Source: Candidatus Poribacteria bacterium (GTDB taxonomy: Bacteria; Poribacteria; WGA-4E; WGA-3G). Taken from it: a stretch of DNA of 64,000 bases. The notes under the pieces were generated by a model. That model did no database searches. It was not told where the DNA came from and saw nothing but the letters and a program-made list of their open reading frames with translations. This document shows, piece after piece, positions 19,497-28,823 of the stretch (positions are counted from its first letter, which is position 1; every line of letters starts with the position of its first letter). The translations under genes and the position numbers were made by a program. Location of the stretch: contig OZ242029.1 in the NCBI GenBank assembly GCA_965205015.1, positions 5,472,001 to 5,536,000 on the forward strand, read 5' to 3'.

Positions 19497-20156
19497 TTAG
19501 GTCGCGCATAATCGAAGCTGTTGAATAACTTTCTCTGGCTGCTGACTGCGGAAGATCGCGGTACCCGCGACGAGGATCGTTGCGCCTTGATGAATCGTGA
19601 GGGGCGCGATCTCTGTCGTTACACCGCCATCAACGGAGATGTCAAGCGGCAGCGTCATTTCCTGAACAATTTGATGTAATGTTGCTATCTTTTCGAGTGT
19701 ATTCCGCTGAAAAGGTTGACCCCCGAACCCAGGTTCAACACTCATTGGTAAGACTAAGTCAATGTCTGAAAGGTAAGGTGTAACCGATGAGACAGGTGTC
19801 TTCGGGCAAAGTGCTAAACCCGGTTTAAGCCCGTGTGCTTTGATCGCCGAAATTACTTCGTCCGGTTTATCATCACTTTCGATATGAAAGGTAATCAGAT
19901 CTGCCCCTGCCGCTGCAAGCGCGTCAATATAACGAAGCGGGTGCGTCACCATAATGTGGACATCAAAAGGCACATCAGTGATCTCACGAACAGCCGCGAT
20001 AAAGGGTGGACTGATAGCGAAATTTGACACAAATTCGCCGTCCATCACGTCAAAGTGGAGCATATCCGCCCCAGCCGTGACGATCCGTTTGACCTCTTCG
20101 CCAAGACAACTGAAATCTGCCGCCAGTAATGAAGGCGCAATTTTAGGCGTAAAAAT
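19497..20156 (-). CDS. rpe: Ribulose-phosphate 3-epimerase (probable ATT start)
   Basis: KIAPSLLAADF upstream of HFDVMDG; MSVEPGFGGQ, VDGG, VAGTA; AAGGAG SD 7 nt before ATT 20156. Confidence 0.9.
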   Translation of the reverse strand: MFTPKIAPSLLAADFSCLGEEVKRIVTAGADMLHFDVMDGEFVSNFAISPPFIAAVREITDVPFDVHIMVTHPLRYIDALAAAGADLITFHIESDDKPDEVISAIKAHGLKPGLALCPKTPVSSVTPYLSDIDLVLPMSVEPGFGGQPFQRNTLEKIATLHQIVQEMTLPLDISVDGGVTTEIAPLTIHQGATILVAGTAIFRSQQPEKVIQQLRLCAT

Positions 20157-20179
20157 CTGTAATCTCCTTTACCGGCGTT

Positions 20180-21157
20180 CTATCTATAAACCACTTCAGG
20201 TAATTTTTCACCGTTTTCGTAGACAATCACCCGTGCTTTACCAAAGACGCGAATCCCTTTCTGTTCCAAATCAATCACTGTCCCGGGCGCGTAGCGTTGA
20301 TCGACCTCGATGCGCTCACTGTACTCATCAATTATAACAATTCTGACGTGCCGTGAAAGTTTTCCTTCCTCACTCACCGTATGCGTGAAAGTTAAGGGTC
20401 TGCTAATGTTTTCGGTAGTTCCCTGCACACCACTGATTTCGAGTAGGATACGGTCTCCGGTTCTTACCATGACACCCCCAACAGGTTCGTGAGTGATAAT
20501 TGCCCCTTGAGGGATTTTAGGGTGTGAACTATATTCAGTCTCAATCTTTAGTCCCACTGCTTCCAAGGCAGCAATCACATCGGCAGCAAATTGACCTTGG
20601 AAATTCGGAAGTTGTACCACTTGTGGTCTCGGTCCGCGGCTCAGTAAAAGATTGACAGGATTGCCGCGGCGTTGCCCTCCCCCTTCTGGCGGTGTTTGTG
20701 CGATGACCGTATCCTGCAGATAATCTTCGGAATGGACGAAGGCAACTCGATTCGGACGAAAACCAGCACTCGTCAGGGTATCAAAAGCCGCATTCCGCGA
20801 TTTTCCAATGACGGAGGGGACGGGGACTAACTCCGCTCCTATACTCACTGTGATTTCAACGGGTTGATACGATTTTATTCTAAAGTTCGCCTCTGGATTT
20901 TGTGAGACGATTTCACCCTTCGGTGCATCGCTGCTCGCCTCTTGAATGGCTTTCGCGGGTTGTAACCCCGCATCACCAAGAATCCGCACGGCTTCATAGT
21001 AACTTTCGCCGATAATGTTGGGAACAAGCACTTCTTCGGTTCTGACCCAATTCGGAATAACGACGAAAATGGCTAACACGCCGATGATAGCGAAGAAAAT
21101 CAAGAAATATAGGAGAACCTTGAATGATGCAAATAGGGTATTATTCAGACGATTCAT
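20180..21157 (-). CDS. Membrane-anchored PASTA domain protein (3 repeats, no kinase domain)
   Basis: TM helix; VPNIIG, VPSVIG, LPNFQG repeats with IVSQNP/VIAQTP. Confidence 0.88.
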   Translation of the reverse strand: MNRLNNTLFASFKVLLYFLIFFAIIGVLAIFVVIPNWVRTEEVLVPNIIGESYYEAVRILGDAGLQPAKAIQEASSDAPKGEIVSQNPEANFRIKSYQPVEITVSIGAELVPVPSVIGKSRNAAFDTLTSAGFRPNRVAFVHSEDYLQDTVIAQTPPEGGGQRRGNPVNLLLSRGPRPQVVQLPNFQGQFAADVIAALEAVGLKIETEYSSHPKIPQGAIITHEPVGGVMVRTGDRILLEISGVQGTTENISRPLTFTHTVSEEGKLSRHVRIVIIDEYSERIEVDQRYAPGTVIDLEQKGIRVFGKARVIVYENGEKLPEVVYR

Positions 21158-21161
21158 CTTC

Positions 21162-21179
21162 TAATTTTACCTTGCGGAG
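21162..21179 (-). repeat. CCGCAAGG-N3-AATTA motif copy, 4 nt before the PASTA gene ATG
   Basis: Perfect 18-bp reverse complement of 22450-22467. Confidence 0.75.
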
Positions 21180-21225
21180 CGGATCAGAAACCTGCCCGTA
21201 ACGGAGTGAAGGGCAGCGCGAAAAC

Positions 21226-22164
21226 CTAAGAATTAAAAAACTCTCCTGTTTGCAATTGATAACCGTTAATAAAATCGTGTGCTTCCATAGATTTCTTGGT
21301 TGCGGGTTGAATTTCCAACAATTGAAGTGCTCCTTCTGCTGTGGTAACGAGGAGCTTTTGTCTTTCAACTATTTCAAGGGTTCCCGGTTGTCCAGCGAGT
21401 TTCTGTGGCAGAGGTTGACAACGCACAATTTTCAGTCGAAGTTTCTCACGGAAGAAAGTATAAGCACCGGGCCAGATCGCTGTACCTCTGACCAAATTGT
21501 GAATGGCAATTGCCGGTTGATTCCAATCAATGTGCCCGATCTCCTTCGTTAGCCGTGGGGCATGCGTTGCGTCTGCATCGTTCTGTGGGACTGCCGAGGG
21601 GGGTTCCCCATCTGGCATATTGGATAAACATCGGATTAGCTGATTTGCCCCGAGTTGCGCCAACTGTTTCGTCAAGGTGAAAGCAGTATCTTCGTTTCGG
21701 ATCGGGACCCGGTTTGCAGAGATAATATCACCTGTATCCTCACCTGCATCCAGTAACATCAGTGTCACACCTGTCTCAGTTTCACCCTTAATGAGTGCCC
21801 ACTGAATTGGGGCGGCACCGCGGTACTTTGGAAGCAGGGAGGGATGCAAATTGATAGTGCCACAGGGCGGGATATCTAAAATAGTTTGGGGGAGAATTTG
21901 GCCAAAGGCAGCAACAATTATTACATCCGGCGCGAGACGTTTAAGAGTCCGTACAAAATCTGGCTTTCTCGCCTTCTCAGGTTGATAGATCGGTATCGTA
22001 TGCTCTGTAGCAACGACTTTGACGGGGGACGGAGTGAGTCGCTTCCCGCGTCCGCTCGGTCGGTCGGGCTGTGTAACAACACCGATGAGTTCAAATTTGT
22101 GGGAGATGAGTTCTTTGAGTGTTGGAACGGCAAACTCACTGGTCCCCATAAACAGAATACGCAT
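21226..22164 (-). CDS. fmt: Methionyl-tRNA formyltransferase
   Basis: FMGTSEFA, TQPDRPSGRG, NLHPSLLPKYRGAAPI, DTGD. Confidence 0.96.
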   Translation of the reverse strand: MRILFMGTSEFAVPTLKELISHKFELIGVVTQPDRPSGRGKRLTPSPVKVVATEHTIPIYQPEKARKPDFVRTLKRLAPDVIIVAAFGQILPQTILDIPPCGTINLHPSLLPKYRGAAPIQWALIKGETETGVTLMLLDAGEDTGDIISANRVPIRNEDTAFTLTKQLAQLGANQLIRCLSNMPDGEPPSAVPQNDADATHAPRLTKEIGHIDWNQPAIAIHNLVRGTAIWPGAYTFFREKLRLKIVRCQPLPQKLAGQPGTLEIVERQKLLVTTAEGALQLLEIQPATKKSMEAHDFINGYQLQTGEFFNS

Positions 22165-22168
22165 CTTT

Positions 22169-22467
22169 TAATTATTCCTTGCGGTAAAATGACGTGAACT
22201 CTATCTTTGGCGCGCCTTTCTGAAATCCGCCTGCGTGTTTTTGCTTGGGCGTTTCTGCTTGGTGTCTTTGCTTGGTGTCTTTGCTTGGGTGTTTCTGTGT
22301 ATTTCTGCGTGTTTCTGCGTATTGTTGCAGGCTACAAAATATACAATTACTTGGAGATTTAAAATAAAATAAGTTTCAAACCCGTTAGCACGTAATGAAA
22401 TGGAGTGCGGATTTAAGGAACGCCGCAATCGTCTAAACGACTGTTATTTCTCCGCAAGGTAAAATTA
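22169..22467. mobile_element. Putative ~300-bp non-autonomous element with imperfect terminal inverted repeats
   Basis: TAATTATTCCTTGCGG ... CCGCAAGGTAAAATTA; internal degenerate GTGTCTTTGCTTG / GTTTCTGCGT repeats. Confidence 0.5.
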
Positions 22468-23031
22468 AAAGCGAATTTGAAGGAGCGGCAGCGCGAAACC
22501 GACAGACGGCTCATTTGCCCACCCGTTGAGTCCTTTATTCATCGAGTCCTGCAGCGACCTATTCCTATATGTCGCTACATACGGGTCCGTTTCGGACAAC
22601 CGTGTCAGAGGTCCTTCCACGGGATCCTCATCCTCAGGCGATGGCGGTGTTTGGGGTTCCGGCACACGCGGTGCGGATCGGTCAACATTACGCGTATGCA
22701 ACCAATCCCATACCCCAATAAACAGAGACAATGAAACAGCCCCGATGCCAATTATACGATAGTCCTGTGTGGATAACTCAGGTGCGAATTTATTTTCACG
22801 CAACATTTTTACCACACGCATTATTCCGTAACTGTGAATCGCCGTGAACGGGATGGAACTCAAAGTAATGATCTCAAACCGTCGCAAAGCACTTTCGCTA
22901 TATTCCTCTGAGTGCGTATGTCCTGCCTCCGATTCGGGAGCTTCGGAGTGAACTTGGGCTTTTGCATGTGGGATCCCTAAGGCAAGAAAAATTAGGCTAA
23001 ACAAGAATAATCGAACGCTCAATTTATACAT
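22465..23031 (-). CDS. Hypothetical exported/membrane protein
   Basis: Signal peptide, two hydrophobic segments, C-terminal aromatic residue. Confidence 0.7.
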   Translation of the reverse strand: MYKLSVRLFLFSLIFLALGIPHAKAQVHSEAPESEAGHTHSEEYSESALRRFEIITLSSIPFTAIHSYGIMRVVKMLRENKFAPELSTQDYRIIGIGAVSLSLFIGVWDWLHTRNVDRSAPRVPEPQTPPSPEDEDPVEGPLTRLSETDPYVATYRNRSLQDSMNKGLNGWANEPSVGFALPLLQIRF

Positions 23032-23090
23032 GGATTATTTTCCCTGACGATTGGAACACGTCTGAACTATGATTTACATGAAAATCCTGG

Positions 23091-23603
23091 TCAAGTTTCT
23101 TGGTGTTGATCTCGGTTTTGAAACAGGTAAACAATTAACATCCCCGCTCCAATACAGACAGAAATATCCGCAATGTTAAAGGTCGGCCAAAAGAGTCCTT
23201 TGTCAACTATACCAAATTGCAGGAAATCGACGACCTCACCCAAATAGAGACGATCCATGAAGTTTCCAACAGCACCCCCGAGTAGAAAACCGAGAGCGAC
23301 TTGCATCCAACGGCTCTCCCTGAATCGAAGATAATAAGCGAAAATGAAGACTAAAGCGATAATAGTAATGAGAATCAGTAAGACCCTGTGTCCAGCCAGT
23401 ACACCAAAAGCGGCGCCTGTATTTCTATCGTGCCGAAGGTTAAAAAAGCCGGGAATAATCGGAATGACCTCAGTAACCTGAGCGATATGGTTCTGCACCA
23501 GCCATTTACTCACCCAATCTACTATCAACACTGGAATCGCCACACCGATTAAGGGTAGAAGCGTCTGCCAGGTATTTTTTTTAGGACCCTGCATCGTGGG
23601 CAT
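23091..23603 (-). CDS. lspA: Lipoprotein signal peptidase II
   Basis: DWVSK, NTGAAFG, GAVGNFMDR, VVDF, FNIAD; GGAGGT SD. Confidence 0.95.
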   Translation of the reverse strand: MPTMQGPKKNTWQTLLPLIGVAIPVLIVDWVSKWLVQNHIAQVTEVIPIIPGFFNLRHDRNTGAAFGVLAGHRVLLILITIIALVFIFAYYLRFRESRWMQVALGFLLGGAVGNFMDRLYLGEVVDFLQFGIVDKGLFWPTFNIADISVCIGAGMLIVYLFQNRDQHQET

Positions 23604-26313
23604 TCTTAAGCACCTCCCATTCCGCTTTTGCATCATCCGTGTCCATATCGGAAACATGCAGCGTTTGCTCGATAATAGATGAGGACAGGTCCCAATTACT
23701 GTGAAAAATGCTATGATTCCCCATTATCCCCGCTGTAGAAATGAGATGATAGAAATGTTCCGCCAAAAAAGGCGTCAAGGGTGCCAACCGTTGCAGGAGC
23801 ACAGTCGAGATGAGTGACAGGATACCTTGCGGTACGTGTCGGATCGTATCAGGACGTGATTCCATGACCCCGACATAAAAACGTAGATCGTCTTCGCAAA
23901 AATCGGTTAATAGGGTCCACATTTCATGAAAATTCCCATCTTGGTAAGCCTGCCGTATATCCTGTAAAAGTCGAGAGGTAGCGATTATCGCCAACGAATC
24001 AATCGGAAGAATTTCATCAAGCGTAACGGAATTCGCGCTTTCCATCTTCCGTGCCTCCAGATTCGTAAGGGTTTGTGTATGAGGGGTCTCCGTCTCAACA
24101 CCGCGCTTGTGGCTCTGTCTTTCGTTGGGGCGTTCCTCCTGCGATACATCTTTCGACGCTGCTTTGTTTCTACCTTCAGAAGCCGTCGCAAAATGGTAGA
24201 GACAATTACTAATATTCTCTAAGAGTTGCTGCAATTGCTGATATTGAACAAGATAGTCCGCTGCGAGTTTATGAAGATGCTTCGGATTGACCTGTGTTCC
24301 GACATTAGGCGTTATTGCCACCAAACGTGCTACATCAGCTGGATATTTTTTCAGAAATGCGTCTTCTACCTGTATTTCCCGACCAACGTTCGGCATCGTG
24401 TTAAGCTTGAGTTGCTTAAAAGGTTGGCTTTCTTTAATTGGACGGCTTCTGCTAAGCGATGCGGAGATAACACTGATCTCAGCTAACCATTTTGTCCATT
24501 TTGAATCCGTTGTGTCCGTTTGCGGTACAAACATAACACTGGTGTGCCCACCGATCGGTTTCTTGAAATCAGAATTGTCAATGATCTGAAGTAGATTGGC
24601 AAAATGGCTATCAATGAGCGTAGCTTCTTTGCGAAAGTCACTTGAATTACAGTTTAAACACCGTGTATCGACAGGTAAAAGTTCCTCAACGCTCAATCGG
24701 AACCAGAATTCAAATCCTCGTTGTATAGAATTCCGGATTGCATTGAGGGTATTTTTATCAGTAAGAGGTTCATCACACTGGTCACACAGAAGGATTGGAA
24801 GTGGCATTCCCCATTGACGCTGTGCTGAAACCTGCAAATCTTCAAAATTGCGGACAATGTCTTGGACTTCCCGAATACCTTTATGATCCGTGTCCCCGTA
24901 ATTATCCCAGTATTCTTGGGCGTTGAGGAGCTGGGTAGTGGCGCGGTTCTCAGAGATAGAGAACACCCATTTTGAACAGGGACGGAACACAGCCAATGCT
25001 GTACAGCGCGGACAGTGCGGCTCATGCATTTCGACTTTTTGTGTTTCAAGGAGATAACCGCATTTCTCCAATTGTGGAACAATAAATTTCTCAGCATCAG
25101 ACAGATACAAACCGCACAATTGCCCAGCTTCCTCGGTAAACCTTCCGGTTTCATCAAAAACAGGCATCGCATTCATTTCTAACGCTTGGGCGATGTTGTA
25201 ACTCGGCAGATGATGTGCCGGATTTAAGGGCATAACACCGGATTTTAAGGAAGATAGCGATTTATCGCGGATAACGTCTGTCGCTACAGTCTCAGGAATG
25301 AGTGTAATCTCTAAATCTTTTGACGGAAACAGTGGATGCGCCACAGCGCATTGGGCGAGTTCAGCGGCTTTGATTTCTTTGACAGGTTCCGGTTTGGATT
25401 GTCCTTTTGGAAGGTGCTTGGTAAAGTGTTCGAGCTGCGGTTCCGCAAAAAGTAGGTAGTCGTCTTGCCATTGGGTGAGCCAATAGGTCGTATCGTTGGT
25501 AATTCCGAGTTTAACGATTCCGGCTATTTCCGAAAGGTGCGACATTTGGAGACAGAAAAAGACATTAACGCCAAATTCCTCTAACCCGACATCGAACGGA
25601 AACTTTACGTAGCCATTCAAGGTATGCATGGGTATTTGCATGAGATTCGCTTCATGGATCGGGACGGTGCAATTGGGGCACCATGGACTCAGCTGCGGCA
25701 AGTCATGCAGATAGTCAGAATCGCGAAGTCGACTAATGAGTGCAATAAGCCGGGCTTCCTGTCGTGATTCGAGGGTTTTCTGTGAAGTATCCCAATCCGC
25801 GAAGATGCCAAGTTGATGGAATTTCTGTTTTTGGACTTCTAATTCCTGTTTATGTCGTGCGCGACATCGCTTCCGGAGGACAGATAACTTGATTGGCGTT
25901 TTAGACTTGGCAGCCTCAATCACGTCTTCCTCAATCCAAAGGGGATAGGTCTCCCAGGCAGGCACGTATGTAACGTGATTTCCTTGCATTATTTCTGCTT
26001 TAAGGAAGATATCCTGACAAACTTTTCTACAAAGGGTGTTAAGAGTGAGGGCATCAACGGAGGTGGGCATCTCGCGCAGGACATAGGTTTTTGTCTGGGA
26101 GGAGTGACGGGGCTGCGCAGCATTTGCCTTGACTCCGTTACGGTCTACAGTCCCAGATTTTTTGCTCGCGAGTGGGTATACATTCGCGTTCTGCCAAATT
26201 TCCAGAACGGCGTTCTCTTGTTCGCGGTCCGTCAACTGAGGTTTCTCTTTCGGTTTCGTGGATTTACCGCGTTTACGCGTCGCGCTTTTTGTGGTGGAAT
26301 TTCGTTTTCTCAT
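23581..26313 (-). CDS. Isoleucyl-tRNA synthetase-like protein lacking catalytic motifs
   Basis: Collinear with IleRS (YVPAW, LGIFADW, WCPNC, YVKFP, HPLF, GRFT, SAQRQWGMPLP, FRKE, LAPLTPFLAE) but no HIGH or KMSKS; sits between yggT and lspA; start could be 26421. Confidence 0.85.
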   Translation of the reverse strand: MRKRNSTTKSATRKRGKSTKPKEKPQLTDREQENAVLEIWQNANVYPLASKKSGTVDRNGVKANAAQPRHSSQTKTYVLREMPTSVDALTLNTLCRKVCQDIFLKAEIMQGNHVTYVPAWETYPLWIEEDVIEAAKSKTPIKLSVLRKRCRARHKQELEVQKQKFHQLGIFADWDTSQKTLESRQEARLIALISRLRDSDYLHDLPQLSPWCPNCTVPIHEANLMQIPMHTLNGYVKFPFDVGLEEFGVNVFFCLQMSHLSEIAGIVKLGITNDTTYWLTQWQDDYLLFAEPQLEHFTKHLPKGQSKPEPVKEIKAAELAQCAVAHPLFPSKDLEITLIPETVATDVIRDKSLSSLKSGVMPLNPAHHLPSYNIAQALEMNAMPVFDETGRFTEEAGQLCGLYLSDAEKFIVPQLEKCGYLLETQKVEMHEPHCPRCTALAVFRPCSKWVFSISENRATTQLLNAQEYWDNYGDTDHKGIREVQDIVRNFEDLQVSAQRQWGMPLPILLCDQCDEPLTDKNTLNAIRNSIQRGFEFWFRLSVEELLPVDTRCLNCNSSDFRKEATLIDSHFANLLQIIDNSDFKKPIGGHTSVMFVPQTDTTDSKWTKWLAEISVISASLSRSRPIKESQPFKQLKLNTMPNVGREIQVEDAFLKKYPADVARLVAITPNVGTQVNPKHLHKLAADYLVQYQQLQQLLENISNCLYHFATASEGRNKAASKDVSQEERPNERQSHKRGVETETPHTQTLTNLEARKMESANSVTLDEILPIDSLAIIATSRLLQDIRQAYQDGNFHEMWTLLTDFCEDDLRFYVGVMESRPDTIRHVPQGILSLISTVLLQRLAPLTPFLAEHFYHLISTAGIMGNHSIFHSNWDLSSSIIEQTLHVSDMDTDDAKAEWEVLKNAHDAGS

Positions 26314-26417
26314 ATTTTTCGTATTCGTAAACGGATTACTGATGAGGTTATACTTTCTCGCCCGCGCTGCCTCCTTGTGCATTCCTCTATCAAACAGATT
26401 GGCATCGCCACCCTCTA

Positions 26418-26681
26418 TCACCAGATCGCACGTGCCAAAAATTGTAACAGAAGGATCAGCACAAAAGGTGAAATGTCAATACCAAAATTCCGAGTCACTG
26501 GTCCGAGGGCATTCCGAATCGGATTTAAAACTGGATCTACAAGGCGACTTGTCCACCAATAGAGTTGCCTAACGACTGCGTTCTGCGTGCCAAAAACAAA
26601 CCAAGAAAGTATAGCATTCGCGAGAACCACTATTGTATAAATTTCAAGCAGCTCACTGATAAATCGAGCGAACATATCCAT
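26418..26681 (-). CDS. yggT: YggT family membrane protein
   Basis: AILSWF, DPVLNPIR, GIDISPF. Confidence 0.9.
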   Translation of the reverse strand: MDMFARFISELLEIYTIVVLANAILSWFVFGTQNAVVRQLYWWTSRLVDPVLNPIRNALGPVTRNFGIDISPFVLILLLQFLARAIW

Positions 26682-26709
26682 TATTCCCTACAAGCCTTTC
26701 ACAAACTGA

Positions 26710-27510
26710 TTACGTGTTCCCAAGTTCCTTTGCTCGCTCCGTTGCAGCGAGGATGGCTTCTGTAAGCGTTGCTCGTAAACCCCCTCGTTCTAAAGCGTGT
26801 AGTCCGGCGGCGGTTGTCCCACCGGGTGTGGTAACACGGTTCTTGAGCACAGCGGGGTGTTCCTGCGTTTCAACTAACATGGTAGCTGCGCCTAAAACGG
26901 TATGGGTGGCAAGTTGCTGCGCATCTGCACGAGGTAAACCGACCTGGACCCCTGCATCTGCTAACGCCTCGACGAAGAGCGCAACATAGGCAGGACCACT
27001 CCCACTGACCGCCGTGACAGCATCAAGATGCCGTTCATCCATCACTAAAGAGGTACCACACGCGTCGAAAATTTGTTGTGCTATTTCAAGATGCTCCTGA
27101 TTCGCTGCCCTGCCAGCCGTGAGTACCGAGATCGCAGCGCCCACCGATGCTGAAATATTTGGCATCACCCGAATGACGGGGGGCGCGTTGTCAAAGTAGG
27201 ATTCAAGCGTTGTGGTGGTAACACCCGCTGCGATGCTAATGAGCCATTGCGGTGATGACAAGGCGCGTGCAATCTGTGGCAAGACGTGTGGAACCGCCGG
27301 AGGCGTGACAGCACAGAGAATAATTTGGGTATTTTCTACCAAGACCGCGATATCGCTTGCCCTGTGCGTCCCTTTTTCATCGCAAAGCTGCCGGACAAGG
27401 GTATCATCCAGGTCCGCAACCCAGATGTGTTTCGCAGGAAATACCGTGTCAGCGATACTTCGGACGATAATGCCGCCCATCTTTCCAACGCCTATTACAC
27501 CTAACTCCAT
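26710..27510 (-). CDS. proC: Pyrroline-5-carboxylate reductase
   Basis: GVGKMG, SIAAG, RVMPN, SGSGPAY, VTTPGGTT. Confidence 0.95.
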   Translation of the reverse strand: MELGVIGVGKMGGIIVRSIADTVFPAKHIWVADLDDTLVRQLCDEKGTHRASDIAVLVENTQIILCAVTPPAVPHVLPQIARALSSPQWLISIAAGVTTTTLESYFDNAPPVIRVMPNISASVGAAISVLTAGRAANQEHLEIAQQIFDACGTSLVMDERHLDAVTAVSGSGPAYVALFVEALADAGVQVGLPRADAQQLATHTVLGAATMLVETQEHPAVLKNRVTTPGGTTAAGLHALERGGLRATLTEAILAATERAKELGNT

Positions 27511-27514
27511 ATTT

Positions 27515-27530
27515 TAATTGTTCCTTGCGG
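27515..27530 (-). repeat. CCGCAAGG-N3-AATTA motif copy, 4 nt before the proC ATG
   Basis: TAATTGTTCCTTGCGG on the + strand. Confidence 0.7.
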
Positions 27531-27561
27531 TTCGGTCAGGTAGGTTTCGCTCATACTGATG

Positions 27562-28290
27562 CTATTCCTCTGACCCCTCGAAGATCGCCCTGCCGATTCT
27601 CACGAGGTTCGCGCCTTCTTGAACAGCGACCTCAAAGTCGTTTGTCATTCCCATCGAAAGATACTCCATGGTAACGCTGGGAAATTTTTGGATTTCTATT
27701 TTTTCAGCAAGCGATCTCAGCAAAGCGAACGCGGGACGGTTTGCGTCCGGCGAAGGTGTTAACTGCCCCATTGTCATCAATCCAACGATGTGCACTGCGG
27801 GATACGCCTGTGCATCTTCAATAAAGTGAAGCACATCCTCCGCTGCCAATCCGTGTTTACTCGCCTCACGAGTCGTATTGACCTGAATTAAAACATCTGT
27901 TCGTTGTGAGCGTTGTTCAGACCGACGCGCGATCTCTGCGAAAAGCCGCAAACTGTCAACTGAATGAATCAGTGAAAACATTTCCAATGCGGTTTTCACC
28001 TTATTCCTTTGCAAATGTCCAATCAGGTGCCATCGGCATGTTTTATCATCGGAATCAGCACCTGTAGCCTCCACAAAGGCATTGACTGACGCGTACTTCT
28101 GTTGCGCCTCCTGCACCCGGTTTTCCCCGATATCCGTTGCCCCTGCAGCGAGAACCGTCTGAATTTCTGCCACTGAACGCCCTTTCGTAACAGCAACGAG
28201 CGTTATTGAATCGAGTGTACGCTGACGCCGCTCTGCAGCATTGGCAATCCGTTCATTGATCCTGGAAAGATTATCAACAATCGAGTTCAA
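27562..28290 (-). CDS. yggS: PLP homeostasis protein
   Basis: VAVTK, GENRVQE, WHLIGHLQRNK, GLMTM, LSMGMTNDF, VRIG. Confidence 0.95.
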   Translation of the reverse strand: MNSIVDNLSRINERIANAAERRQRTLDSITLVAVTKGRSVAEIQTVLAAGATDIGENRVQEAQQKYASVNAFVEATGADSDDKTCRWHLIGHLQRNKVKTALEMFSLIHSVDSLRLFAEIARRSEQRSQRTDVLIQVNTTREASKHGLAAEDVLHFIEDAQAYPAVHIVGLMTMGQLTPSPDANRPAFALLRSLAEKIEIQKFPSVTMEYLSMGMTNDFEVAVQEGANLVRIGRAIFEGSEE

Positions 28291-28323
28291 TTTTTCAATT
28301 CCACAATTTTTCGATCAAAAATG

Positions 28324-28602
28324 TCAAGCGTCAAGACTGTCTGTTGATGGCGGATCTGGATTTAAAGGCTTACTTGCGTGAAAGAGTATACCAATGACTG
28401 CGACTAAGACGGCTATACTAACAATCCCAATACCAACGGTTATCTTATGCGTTGCCTCCGTATAAACCTGCGTGACTTGCACCGCACTGACGTTTTCGGA
28501 CAAAACTTCCTGATACTTGGAAGGATGGTTTCCGCCTTGTATAACAAAAACAAGTCCGATCAAACCTGTAACGATTGATAACGTCGCAAAGAGCACGCGC
28601 AT
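28324..28602 (-). CDS. Small 2-TM hypothetical protein
   Basis: Two hydrophobic helices, co-oriented with the cluster. Confidence 0.65.
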   Translation of the reverse strand: MRVLFATLSIVTGLIGLVFVIQGGNHPSKYQEVLSENVSAVQVTQVYTEATHKITVGIGIVSIAVLVAVIGILFHASKPLNPDPPSTDSLDA

Positions 28603-28823
28603 CTTCAATTCTTCCCGGCACACGCCAAATTGTTGCTTAAGAACGAGTTTAAGAAATCCGCGTCCTAAACAGGTTGGGACATCTAAGGAAAATAACGTTA
28701 CAAATTGTAGTGAGGTTTCGACTGGGGACGATGCTGATACTGCTATTTATTTATTCGCGGGATCTATAATATATATTAATGATACTATATTTTTTCAAGA
28801 AAAGCAAATTTTCCGTCCCAGGA

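Noticed and set aside
21162-22467. Composite transposon or invertible segment carrying fmt
   Set aside because: There is no transposase or recombinase and fmt is in a normal context; the inverted repeats are better explained as copies of a dispersed motif.
26314-26417. T-box leader before the ileS-like gene
   Set aside because: The gap is about 100 nt, with no T-box consensus or terminator visible.
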